The position numbers and the translations under genes are program-made. From Bacillus subtilis subsp. subtilis str. 168 (GTDB lineage: Bacteria; Bacillota; Bacilli; Bacillales; Bacillaceae), in NCBI RefSeq assembly GCF_000009045.1, contig NC_000964.3, positions 330,001-362,000 of the forward strand: a stretch of DNA of 32,000 nt, read 5' to 3'. The notes under the pieces are model-generated. The model was given only the letters and a program-made list of their open reading frames with translations. It was not told where the DNA came from and did no database searches. This document shows, one piece after another, positions 9,858 to 17,140 of the stretch. Position 1 is the stretch's first letter; every line of letters begins with the position of its first letter.

Positions 9858-9886
9858 ATTAAAATACCTGCAGAAATGTTGTACAA
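9858..9886 (-). promoter_or_regulatory. Candidate SigA promoter for tmrB (TTGTAC-N17-TTTAAT on the minus strand)
   Basis: On the plus strand these read GTACAA 9881-9886 and ATTAAA 9858-9863, with a 17-nt spacer. They lie about 110 nt upstream of the tmrB start. By-eye match only. Confidence 0.3.
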
Positions 9887-9933
9887 TGAATGTCATTCAG
9901 GCAAAAATGGCTACAACAAAGCGCACTATAAGC

Positions 9934-9962
9934 TTGACCGGTAAAGCCGGTATCTATATAAA
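9934..9962 (+). promoter_or_regulatory. Candidate SigA promoter for aroK (TTGACC-N17-TATAAA)
   Basis: TTGACC 9934-9939, 17-nt spacer, TATAAA 9957-9962. It lies about 63 nt upstream of the aroK ATG. Confidence 0.35.
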
Positions 9963-10024
9963 TATTCGCTAAATAAGCATATAATGAATATATAATTTCA
10001 TTCCTTAGGAGGATTTCGCCGAAG

Positions 10025-10585
10025 ATGAACGCTAAACGAGCCATCCCAGTAAGAGAAAGAAATATCGTCCTGATCGGATTCATGGGTGTAGGAAAAACAA
10101 CAATCGGCCAATTGGTCGCTAAAAAATTATATAGAGATTTTATTGATATTGACCAGCAGATCGAAAAGGATTTCAATATGTCAATTCCTGAGATATTTGA
10201 GAAAAAGGGAGAAGACTTTTTCCGGAAAACGGAGAAGGAATATATTTTAGACATCTGCCATCATAAACGATTCAAAATCGTATCTCTGGGCGGGGGATCT
10301 TTTAAACAAGAAGAAATCAGAAATTGCTGTCTGGAAAACTGTCTCGTGCTTCATCTGGACCTGTCATGGGAGAACTGGAAGCAGCGCGCGGATTTATTGA
10401 TCGAAAGCCGCCCTGTACTGCATAACCGTTCAATGGATGAAATGGAACAGCTGTTTAACGAAAGAAAAGTCATTTATGACAAGCACAATTCAAAAGTGGC
10501 AACAGACAACCTTTCCCCGGAAGAGGTTGCCGATTACATTGTTGAGACATTAAAAATTGGCTGGGATCTTTATCAGCCGATGTAA
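10025..10585 (+). CDS. aroK: Shikimate kinase
   Basis: Walker A motif GFMGVGKTT and a shikimate-kinase-like layout (186 aa). GGAGG (10008-10012) lies 12 nt upstream of ATG 10025, which is long but is the only in-frame start. Confidence 0.9.
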   Translation: MNAKRAIPVRERNIVLIGFMGVGKTTIGQLVAKKLYRDFIDIDQQIEKDFNMSIPEIFEKKGEDFFRKTEKEYILDICHHKRFKIVSLGGGSFKQEEIRNCCLENCLVLHLDLSWENWKQRADLLIESRPVLHNRSMDEMEQLFNERKVIYDKHNSKVATDNLSPEEVADYIVETLKIGWDLYQPM

Positions 10586-10616
10586 AAAGCCGTGCGCAGC
10601 GCACGGCTTTTTTTAT
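10586..10616. terminator. Bidirectional rho-independent terminator between convergent aroK and ycgJ
   Basis: GCCGTGC (10589-10595) / GCACGGC (10601-10607), flanked by an A-run and a T7 run. The ycgJ stop codon (10613-10615) sits in the T/A tract. Confidence 0.85.
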
Positions 10617-11374
10617 CGTTTTATCCCTTGTATCAAAATCGCTTTTAAACAAAAGGAGATGGGCTGTCCGTTTTGGTTCAATGTAATACAGAACGTGTCG
10701 CGTGCTTCGTCTGATGCGTGATTCAAGTGGGTAATGATTTGTTTTTCTCGGTCAGCGGGGGTTCCGCCTCGTTTGATCCAGCTATCGTATTGAATCGGCA
10801 AGTTCCACTTTTGGATGTCTTGATAGGCCAGTTGATTGGCGCTGAACATCGCCTGCCATTCTGATAATGAGCTTTCACGAACATGGGAAGGGTCTCGAAG
10901 CCGGTTCAAATGATTGACAAACTCATCAAGAACGGGATCTTCAGGCGCGTAATGATCAACTAAGAGAAAACGTCCGTCCTGTTTTAGTACGCGTGCAACC
11001 TCTCTGACAGCTTTGCGGACATCTGAAAAATGGTGGGCTGCGTATCGGCAGGTGATGATGTCAAATGAATCGTCGGGGAAGGGGAGTGACTCTGCCGTTC
11101 CTTGCTGAAAGCGTACGTTTTCAACTCCTTTTTCTTGCGCGAAGGAGGACGCAACCTCAACCATCTCTTTCGTTGCATCAACACCGATGCACTCCTGTAC
11201 ATAAGGAGAAAATGCCAGCGCCGTATGGCCGGCGCCCGCTCCTATATCCAGCACTCGATGCTCTGCCCGGCATTCCGCTGTTTTGATCATCAACCCCAAA
11301 TCTTCCCCCTCGGCAAATACCTTTTCATCCCGATACATCTCGGCGTTTTTAGAAAACGGTGTTTCATTTGTCAT
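10613..11374 (-). CDS. ycgJ: SAM-dependent methyltransferase (class I, type-11-like)
   Basis: SAM-binding motif I VLDIGAGAGH. ATG 11374 (MTNETPFSKNAEMY...) lies 9 nt after AAGGAG and gives 253 aa. The 99-codon N-terminal extension in the ORF track runs through the divergent promoter region and into ycgK, so it is rejected. Confidence 0.85.
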   Translation of the reverse strand: MTNETPFSKNAEMYRDEKVFAEGEDLGLMIKTAECRAEHRVLDIGAGAGHTALAFSPYVQECIGVDATKEMVEVASSFAQEKGVENVRFQQGTAESLPFPDDSFDIITCRYAAHHFSDVRKAVREVARVLKQDGRFLLVDHYAPEDPVLDEFVNHLNRLRDPSHVRESSLSEWQAMFSANQLAYQDIQKWNLPIQYDSWIKRGGTPADREKQIITHLNHASDEARDTFCITLNQNGQPISFCLKAILIQGIKR

Positions 11375-11491
11375 TTGAACCAGCTCCTTCTTTTCGTAAA
11401 TGATGATATGGATTATGTTAGCAATTTCTGTTATGATTCGTCCAAGATATAAAAATGATGAAAATGATAGGTTCAACCTATGGAGGCTGAA

Positions 11492-12466
11492 ATGGATATT
11501 AAAGTGATGGAATATGCAGCGGAAATTGCCCGGCGCCAAAGCTTTACAAAGGCGGCGGAACATCTTCATATCGCACAGCCGTCTCTCAGCCAGCAAATCA
11601 AAAAGCTTGAGGCTGAGCTGGGGCTTACCCTTTTTCACAGATCCCATGGCTCTGTTACACTGACACCTCACGGCAGGCGTTTCATTGAAAAAGCCGAGGA
11701 CATCATTCGTTCCAGAGATGATTTGCTTCGGGAAATGCAGGAGCGATCACAGGGAATCGGTCATAAATTATCCATCGGGATTCCTGCTGTAACAGGGAGA
11801 TATCTCTTTCCTCCGCTGCTGAAGCAGTTTTTGGCGCGCTATCCTCATGTGGAGGTTCAGCTTGTTGAAAAAGATCCGGTTTCATTAGAGAAGATGACGG
11901 CAAAGGGAGAAGTTGACCTTTCTGTTTTATCCTTGCCCATCGAGGATGAACGGCTCTCCATTACACCCTTGCTCACGGAACCGGTTGTTCTCGCGGTGCC
12001 GAAGGAAAAACAAAGGTGGATGCCGCCGGAATTGGTCGCGCTGATTGAGAAAGCGCTGGAAGAAGATGAGGGACGCCAGCCGTGTGTGCCGATTGACATG
12101 GTAAGGAACGTGCCCTTTATTCTGTTAAAAGAAGGCTTCGGCTTTCGCAGGACAGTTCTCGATCTCTGTGCGGAAAGCGGCTTTAAGCCGAATGCTGCCT
12201 TTAAGACGAGCCATATTGAAACCGCCCAATCTCTTGTGGCTAACGGATTAGGTGTGACAATGGCACCGAATATGGTCAGAAGGGATAAAGATCCGGGTGT
12301 GATCTATTTATCGATTCAATCCGCGCCATCACGAACCCTCGTCTTTGTCTTTTTAAAGAACCGCTATGTCAGTCTGACGGCCCAGGCCTTTATGGAACTA
12401 AGCCGGGAAAGTCTTAAACAAACGTTTGATGAAGGCTGTCTGGGAAACAAAGATGAAAATATTTAG
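11492..12466 (+). CDS. ycgK: LysR-family transcriptional regulator
   Basis: N-terminal LysR HTH (MDIKVMEYAAEIARRQSFTKAAEHLHIAQPSLSQQIKKLE). ATG 11492 lies 5 nt after GGAGG (11482-11486). The alternative ATG at 11480 is less likely. It is divergent from ycgJ, the classic LysR arrangement. Confidence 0.85.
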   Translation: MDIKVMEYAAEIARRQSFTKAAEHLHIAQPSLSQQIKKLEAELGLTLFHRSHGSVTLTPHGRRFIEKAEDIIRSRDDLLREMQERSQGIGHKLSIGIPAVTGRYLFPPLLKQFLARYPHVEVQLVEKDPVSLEKMTAKGEVDLSVLSLPIEDERLSITPLLTEPVVLAVPKEKQRWMPPELVALIEKALEEDEGRQPCVPIDMVRNVPFILLKEGFGFRRTVLDLCAESGFKPNAAFKTSHIETAQSLVANGLGVTMAPNMVRRDKDPGVIYLSIQSAPSRTLVFVFLKNRYVSLTAQAFMELSRESLKQTFDEGCLGNKDENI

Positions 12467-12537
12467 AAAACAAAGACGAAACGTGGTAGTATAGGAATAC
12501 AAACTAAATCTTATAAAACAAAGGGGAATAATCGGAA

Positions 12538-13494
12538 ATGCAACTATTCGATCTGCCGCTCGACCAATTGCAAACATATAAGCCTGAAAAAACAGCACCG
12601 AAAGATTTTTCTGAGTTTTGGAAATTGTCTTTGGAGGAACTTGCAAAAGTCCAAGCAGAACCTGATTTACAGCCGGTTGACTATCCTGCTGACGGAGTAA
12701 AAGTGTACCGTCTCACATATAAAAGCTTCGGAAACGCCCGCATTACCGGATGGTACGCGGTGCCTGACAAGGAAGGCCCGCATCCGGCGATCGTGAAATA
12801 TCATGGCTACAATGCAAGCTATGATGGTGAGATTCATGAAATGGTAAACTGGGCACTCCATGGCTACGCCACATTCGGCATGCTTGTCCGCGGCCAGCAG
12901 AGCAGCGAGGATACGAGTATTTCACCGCACGGTCACGCTTTGGGCTGGATGACGAAAGGAATTCTTGATAAAGATACATACTATTACCGCGGTGTTTATT
13001 TGGACGCCGTCCGCGCGCTTGAGGTCATCAGCAGCTTCGACGAGGTTGACGAAACAAGGATCGGTGTGACAGGAGGAAGCCAAGGCGGAGGTTTAACCAT
13101 TGCCGCAGCAGCGCTGTCAGACATTCCAAAAGCCGCGGTTGCCGATTATCCTTATTTAAGCAACTTCGAACGGGCCATTGATGTGGCGCTTGAACAGCCG
13201 TACCTTGAAATCAATTCCTTCTTCAGAAGAAATGGCAGCCCGGAAACAGAAGTGCAGGCGATGAAGACACTTTCATATTTCGATATTATGAATCTCGCTG
13301 ACCGAGTGAAGGTGCCTGTCCTGATGTCAATCGGCCTGATTGACAAGGTCACGCCGCCGTCCACCGTGTTTGCCGCCTACAATCATTTGGAAACAAAGAA
13401 AGAGCTGAAGGTGTACCGCTACTTCGGACATGAGTATATCCCTGCTTTTCAAACTGAAAAACTTGCTTTCTTTAAGCAGCATCTTAAAGGCTGA
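12538..13494 (+). CDS. cah: Cephalosporin-C deacetylase / acetyl-xylan esterase (CE7 family)
   Basis: 318 aa with nucleophile elbow GGSQGG. The N-terminus MQLFDLPLDQLQTYKPEKT matches my recollection of B. subtilis Cah. Confidence 0.9.
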   Translation: MQLFDLPLDQLQTYKPEKTAPKDFSEFWKLSLEELAKVQAEPDLQPVDYPADGVKVYRLTYKSFGNARITGWYAVPDKEGPHPAIVKYHGYNASYDGEIHEMVNWALHGYATFGMLVRGQQSSEDTSISPHGHALGWMTKGILDKDTYYYRGVYLDAVRALEVISSFDEVDETRIGVTGGSQGGGLTIAAAALSDIPKAAVADYPYLSNFERAIDVALEQPYLEINSFFRRNGSPETEVQAMKTLSYFDIMNLADRVKVPVLMSIGLIDKVTPPSTVFAAYNHLETKKELKVYRYFGHEYIPAFQTEKLAFFKQHLKG

Positions 13495-13502
13495 TAAATG
13501 TG

Positions 13503-13536
13503 AAAAGCCGCCGCATATCATCAGGCGGTTTTTTTC
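13503..13536 (+). terminator. Rho-independent terminator after cah
   Basis: AAAAGCCGCC (13503-13512) pairs with GGCGGTTTT (13524-13532) across an 11-nt loop, followed by a T-run. Confidence 0.7.
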
Positions 13537-13577
13537 TGCAAACTGCCGGAATGAGAACAGACTGGAGACGAATAGAT

Positions 13578-14360
13578 ATGAAACAAAGAATCATTGATGA
13601 ATTAAAACGGATCGAGCAGTCATACGGAGTCAAAATCGTGTATGCCGTCGAGTCAGGAAGCCGCGCATGGGGATTTCCCTCGCAGGATAGTGATTACGAC
13701 GTCCGCTTTATTTATGTTCCGAAAAAGGAGTGGTACTTTTCAATTGAGCAGGAGCGTGATGTCATTGAGGAACCGATTCACGATTTGCTGGATATCAGCG
13801 GCTGGGAGCTGAGAAAAACGCTTCGGCTTTTCAAAAAGTCAAACCCTCCGCTACTCGAATGGCTGTCCTCAGACATTGTGTATTATGAAGCATTTACGAC
13901 CGCAGAGCAGTTAAGAAAACTCCGCACGGAGGCATTTAAGCCTGAAGCAAGCGTGTATCACTATATCAATATGGCGAGAAGGAACGTCAAGGATTATCTA
14001 CAAGGACAAGAGGTCAAAATTAAAAAGTACTTCTACGTTCTTCGGCCTATTTTGGCCTGCCAATGGATTGAAAAGCACGGAACCATACCGCCAATGGACT
14101 TTACTGTTTTGATGAATGAACTTGTTGCTGAACCCGAGCTGAAGGCTGAAATGGAAACCTTGCTTGAACGGAAAAGAAGAGGGGAAGAGCTTGACCTCGA
14201 AGCAAGAATCGATGTTATTCACCAATTCATTGAAACGGAAATCGAAAGAATCATGGAAGCGGCAAAAGAACTGAAGGCAGAGAAAAAAGATATGACATCT
14301 GAATTGAACCGTTTGCTTTTGAATACGGTTGAAGAAGTGTGGAAGGATGGAGGAAGCTGA
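13578..14360 (+). CDS. ycgL: Predicted Pol-beta-fold nucleotidyltransferase (COG3541 / RlaP-like, from memory)
   Basis: Nucleotidyltransferase signature GSRAWGFPSQDSDYDVRF (G-S...D-x-D). ATG 13578 lies 10 nt after GGAG (13564-13567) and gives 260 aa. The ORF-track start at 13500 lies inside the cah terminator. Confidence 0.8.
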   Translation: MKQRIIDELKRIEQSYGVKIVYAVESGSRAWGFPSQDSDYDVRFIYVPKKEWYFSIEQERDVIEEPIHDLLDISGWELRKTLRLFKKSNPPLLEWLSSDIVYYEAFTTAEQLRKLRTEAFKPEASVYHYINMARRNVKDYLQGQEVKIKKYFYVLRPILACQWIEKHGTIPPMDFTVLMNELVAEPELKAEMETLLERKRRGEELDLEARIDVIHQFIETEIERIMEAAKELKAEKKDMTSELNRLLLNTVEEVWKDGGS

Positions 14361-14390
14361 TGTTTTTTGTCGCTTCCTTTTCTCCTTTAT
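14351..14390 (+). terminator. Weak candidate terminator after ycgL
   Basis: GGAAGC (14352-14357) / GCTTCC (14372-14377), 14-nt loop, then a T-rich tail TTTTCTCCTTTATT. The stem is short and the loop large. Confidence 0.35.
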
Positions 14391-14400
14391 TCGACAGAAT

Positions 14401-14408
14401 CCCCCCCC
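14401..14408. repeat. C8 homopolymer tract in the ycgL-putB intergenic region
   Basis: Read directly: eight consecutive C in a genome of about 44% GC. No function is implied. Confidence 0.9.
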
Positions 14409-14422
14409 GACTTTCTAACTAT

Positions 14423-14453
14423 CTGATTGTGGCAAACCCACAAAAATAATCAG
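14423..14453. promoter_or_regulatory. Interrupted inverted repeat CTGATTGTGG-N5-CCACAA-N4-AATCAG; candidate activator (PutR) site upstream of putB
   Basis: TTGTGG (14427-14432) / CCACAA (14438-14443) and the outer pair CTGATT (14423-14428) / AATCAG (14448-14453). The repeat is centred about 37 bp upstream of the candidate -35. PutR-dependent activation of putBCP is established, but assigning this repeat to PutR is inference. Confidence 0.35.
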
Positions 14454-14461
14454 AATCTTTG

Positions 14462-14476
14462 TATTTTGAGAATATT
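14462..14476. promoter_or_regulatory. CodY-box-like element TATTTTGAGAATATT
   Basis: 12 of 15 matches to the CodY consensus AATTTTCWGAAAATT. It abuts the candidate -35. CodY repression of putBCP is established knowledge, but the site assignment here is by eye. Confidence 0.3.
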
Positions 14477-14504
14477 GTGAACGCTGGTTTTGTCCATTTA
14501 CAAT
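14475..14504 (+). promoter_or_regulatory. Candidate SigA promoter of putBCP (TTGTGA-N18-TACAAT)
   Basis: TTGTGA 14475-14480 and TACAAT 14499-14504. They lie about 45 nt upstream of the putB start. Confidence 0.4.
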
Positions 14505-14550
14505 AAACTCATACAAATACTTCTTAGATTGCGGGGTGTTGAGGTTGGAA

Positions 14551-15462
14551 GTGATCACAAGAGATTTTTTCTTATTTTTATCCAAAAGCGGCTTTCTCAA
14601 TAAAATGGCGAGGAACTGGGGAAGTCGGGTAGCAGCGGGTAAAATTATCGGCGGGAATGACTTTAACAGTTCAATCCCGACCATTCGACAGCTTAACAGC
14701 CAAGGCTTGTCAGTTACTGTCGATCATTTAGGCGAGTTTGTGAACAGCGCCGAGGTCGCACGGGAGCGTACGGAAGAGTGCATTCAAACCATTGCGACCA
14801 TCGCGGATCAGGAGCTGAACTCACACGTTTCTTTAAAAATGACGTCTTTAGGTTTGGATATAGATATGGATTTGGTGTATGAAAATATGACAAAAATCCT
14901 TCAGACGGCCGAGAAACATAAAATCATGGTCACCATTGACATGGAGGACGAAGTCAGATGCCAGAAAACGCTTGATATTTTCAAAGATTTCAGAAAGAAA
15001 TACGAGCATGTGAGCACAGTGCTGCAAGCCTATCTGTACCGGACGGAAAAAGACATTGACGATTTGGATTCTTTAAACCCGTTCCTTCGCCTTGTAAAAG
15101 GAGCTTATAAAGAATCAGAAAAAGTAGCTTTCCCGGAGAAAAGCGATGTCGATGAAAATTACAAAAAAATCATCCGAAAGCAGCTCTTAAACGGTCACTA
15201 TACAGCGATTGCCACACATGACGACAAAATGATCGACTTTACAAAGCAGCTTGCCAAGGAACATGGCATTGCCAATGACAAGTTTGAATTTCAGATGCTG
15301 TACGGCATGCGGTCGCAAACCCAGCTCAGCCTCGTAAAAGAAGGTTATAACATGAGAGTCTACCTGCCATACGGCGAGGATTGGTACGGCTACTTTATGA
15401 GACGCCTTGCAGAACGTCCGTCAAACATTGCATTTGCTTTCAAAGGAATGACAAAGAAGTAA
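14551..15462 (+). CDS. putB: Proline dehydrogenase
   Basis: Proline dehydrogenase family sequence (LGEFV...MTSLGLD...QAYLYRT...RLVKGAY). GTG 14551 lies 6 nt after GAGG (14541-14544) and gives 303 aa. The ORF-track GTG at 14536 lacks an SD. putC follows immediately. Confidence 0.88.
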   Translation: MITRDFFLFLSKSGFLNKMARNWGSRVAAGKIIGGNDFNSSIPTIRQLNSQGLSVTVDHLGEFVNSAEVARERTEECIQTIATIADQELNSHVSLKMTSLGLDIDMDLVYENMTKILQTAEKHKIMVTIDMEDEVRCQKTLDIFKDFRKKYEHVSTVLQAYLYRTEKDIDDLDSLNPFLRLVKGAYKESEKVAFPEKSDVDENYKKIIRKQLLNGHYTAIATHDDKMIDFTKQLAKEHGIANDKFEFQMLYGMRSQTQLSLVKEGYNMRVYLPYGEDWYGYFMRRLAERPSNIAFAFKGMTKK

Positions 15463-15478
15463 AAAAGGAGAGATTATC

Positions 15479-17026
15479 ATGACAACACCTTACAAACACG
15501 AGCCATTCACAAATTTCCAAGATCAAAACAACGTGGAAGCGTTTAAAAAAGCGCTTGCGACAGTAAGCGAATATTTAGGAAAAGACTATCCGCTTGTCAT
15601 TAACGGCGAGAGAGTGGAAACGGAAGCGAAAATCGTTTCAATCAACCCAGCTGATAAAGAAGAAGTCGTCGGCCGAGTGTCAAAAGCGTCTCAAGAGCAC
15701 GCTGAGCAAGCGATTCAAGCGGCTGCAAAAGCATTTGAAGAGTGGAGATACACGTCTCCTGAAGAGAGAGCGGCTGTCCTGTTCCGCGCTGCTGCCAAAG
15801 TCCGCAGAAGAAAACATGAATTCTCAGCTTTGCTTGTGAAAGAAGCAGGAAAGCCTTGGAACGAGGCGGATGCCGATACGGCTGAAGCGATTGACTTCAT
15901 GGAGTATTATGCACGCCAAATGATCGAACTGGCAAAAGGCAAACCGGTCAACAGCCGTGAAGGCGAGAAAAACCAATATGTATACACGCCGACTGGAGTG
16001 ACAGTCGTTATCCCGCCTTGGAACTTCTTGTTTGCGATCATGGCAGGCACAACAGTGGCGCCGATCGTTACTGGAAACACAGTGGTTCTGAAACCTGCGA
16101 GTGCTACACCTGTTATTGCAGCAAAATTTGTTGAGGTGCTTGAAGAGTCCGGATTGCCAAAAGGCGTAGTCAACTTTGTTCCGGGAAGCGGAGCGGAAGT
16201 AGGCGACTATCTTGTTGACCATCCGAAAACAAGCCTTATCACATTTACGGGATCAAGAGAAGTTGGTACGAGAATTTTCGAACGCGCGGCGAAGGTTCAG
16301 CCGGGCCAGCAGCATTTAAAGCGTGTCATCGCTGAAATGGGCGGTAAAGATACGGTTGTTGTTGATGAGGATGCGGACATTGAATTAGCGGCTCAATCGA
16401 TCTTTACTTCAGCATTCGGCTTTGCGGGACAAAAATGCTCTGCAGGTTCACGTGCAGTAGTTCATGAAAAAGTGTATGATCAAGTATTAGAGCGTGTCAT
16501 TGAAATTACGGAATCAAAAGTAACAGCTAAACCTGACAGTGCAGATGTTTATATGGGACCTGTCATTGACCAAGGTTCTTATGATAAAATTATGAGCTAT
16601 ATTGAGATCGGAAAACAGGAAGGGCGTTTAGTAAGCGGCGGTACTGGTGATGATTCGAAAGGATACTTCATCAAACCGACGATCTTCGCTGACCTTGATC
16701 CGAAAGCAAGACTCATGCAGGAAGAAATTTTCGGACCTGTCGTTGCATTTTGTAAAGTGTCAGACTTTGATGAAGCTTTAGAAGTGGCAAACAATACTGA
16801 ATATGGTTTGACAGGCGCGGTTATCACAAACAACCGCAAGCACATCGAGCGTGCGAAACAGGAATTCCATGTCGGAAACCTATACTTCAACCGCAACTGT
16901 ACAGGTGCTATCGTCGGCTACCATCCGTTTGGCGGCTTCAAAATGTCGGGAACGGATTCAAAAGCAGGCGGGCCGGATTACTTGGCTCTGCATATGCAAG
17001 CAAAAACAATCAGTGAAATGTTCTAA
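15479..17026 (+). CDS. putC: 1-pyrroline-5-carboxylate dehydrogenase (aldehyde dehydrogenase superfamily)
   Basis: 515 aa. ALDH catalytic Glu motif EMGGKD and catalytic Cys motif [21 protein letters not shown] lies 7 nt upstream of ATG 15479. Confidence 0.93.
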   Translation: MTTPYKHEPFTNFQDQNNVEAFKKALATVSEYLGKDYPLVINGERVETEAKIVSINPADKEEVVGRVSKASQEHAEQAIQAAAKAFEEWRYTSPEERAAVLFRAAAKVRRRKHEFSALLVKEAGKPWNEADADTAEAIDFMEYYARQMIELAKGKPVNSREGEKNQYVYTPTGVTVVIPPWNFLFAIMAGTTVAPIVTGNTVVLKPASATPVIAAKFVEVLEESGLPKGVVNFVPGSGAEVGDYLVDHPKTSLITFTGSREVGTRIFERAAKVQPGQQHLKRVIAEMGGKDTVVVDEDADIELAAQSIFTSAFGFAGQKCSAGSRAVVHEKVYDQVLERVIEITESKVTAKPDSADVYMGPVIDQGSYDKIMSYIEIGKQEGRLVSGGTGDDSKGYFIKPTIFADLDPKARLMQEEIFGPVVAFCKVSDFDEALEVANNTEYGLTGAVITNNRKHIERAKQEFHVGNLYFNRNCTGAIVGYHPFGGFKMSGTDSKAGGPDYLALHMQAKTISEMF

Positions 17027-17034
17027 GCGGGACT

Positions 17035-17067
17035 AAATGGGCATCCTCCCTGCGGGGGTGTCCATTT
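17035..17067 (+). other. Intercistronic stem-loop between putC and putP (no U-tract)
   Basis: AAATGGGCA (17035-17043) pairs with TGTCCATTT (17059-17067) with one G-U pair. There is an inner CCC/GGG helix around TGC. It is followed by CATCCATATAC, so it is not a canonical terminator. Confidence 0.4.
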
Positions 17068-17140
17068 CATCCATATACTATAAAAAAGAGGAGGAAGTGC
17101 CATAGAAAACACACAGCTGATTATTTCGATTTGTATTTAT

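Noticed and set aside
9859-10254. 131-aa minus-strand ORF spanning the tmrB-aroK intergenic region and the aroK 5' end.
   Set aside because: It overlaps the aroK start in antisense and has no SD. It is rich in Ile, Phe and Ser as expected for AT-rich non-coding or shadow sequence.
11375-11671. 99-codon N-terminal extension of the ycgJ ORF (ORF track 10613-11671).
   Set aside because: It runs through the AT-rich divergent promoter region and overlaps the ycgK start. A good SD (AAGGAG) precedes the internal ATG 11374, and the methyltransferase fold starts there.
14415-14684. 89-aa minus-strand ORF across the putB promoter and 5' end.
   Set aside because: It covers the regulatory region and is antisense to putB. 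It has no SD and no motif.
17097-17105. GTG 17097 as the putP start codon.
   Set aside because: It is out of frame with putP and reads GTG CCA TAG, stopping after two codons. It is also only 2 nt from the SD core.
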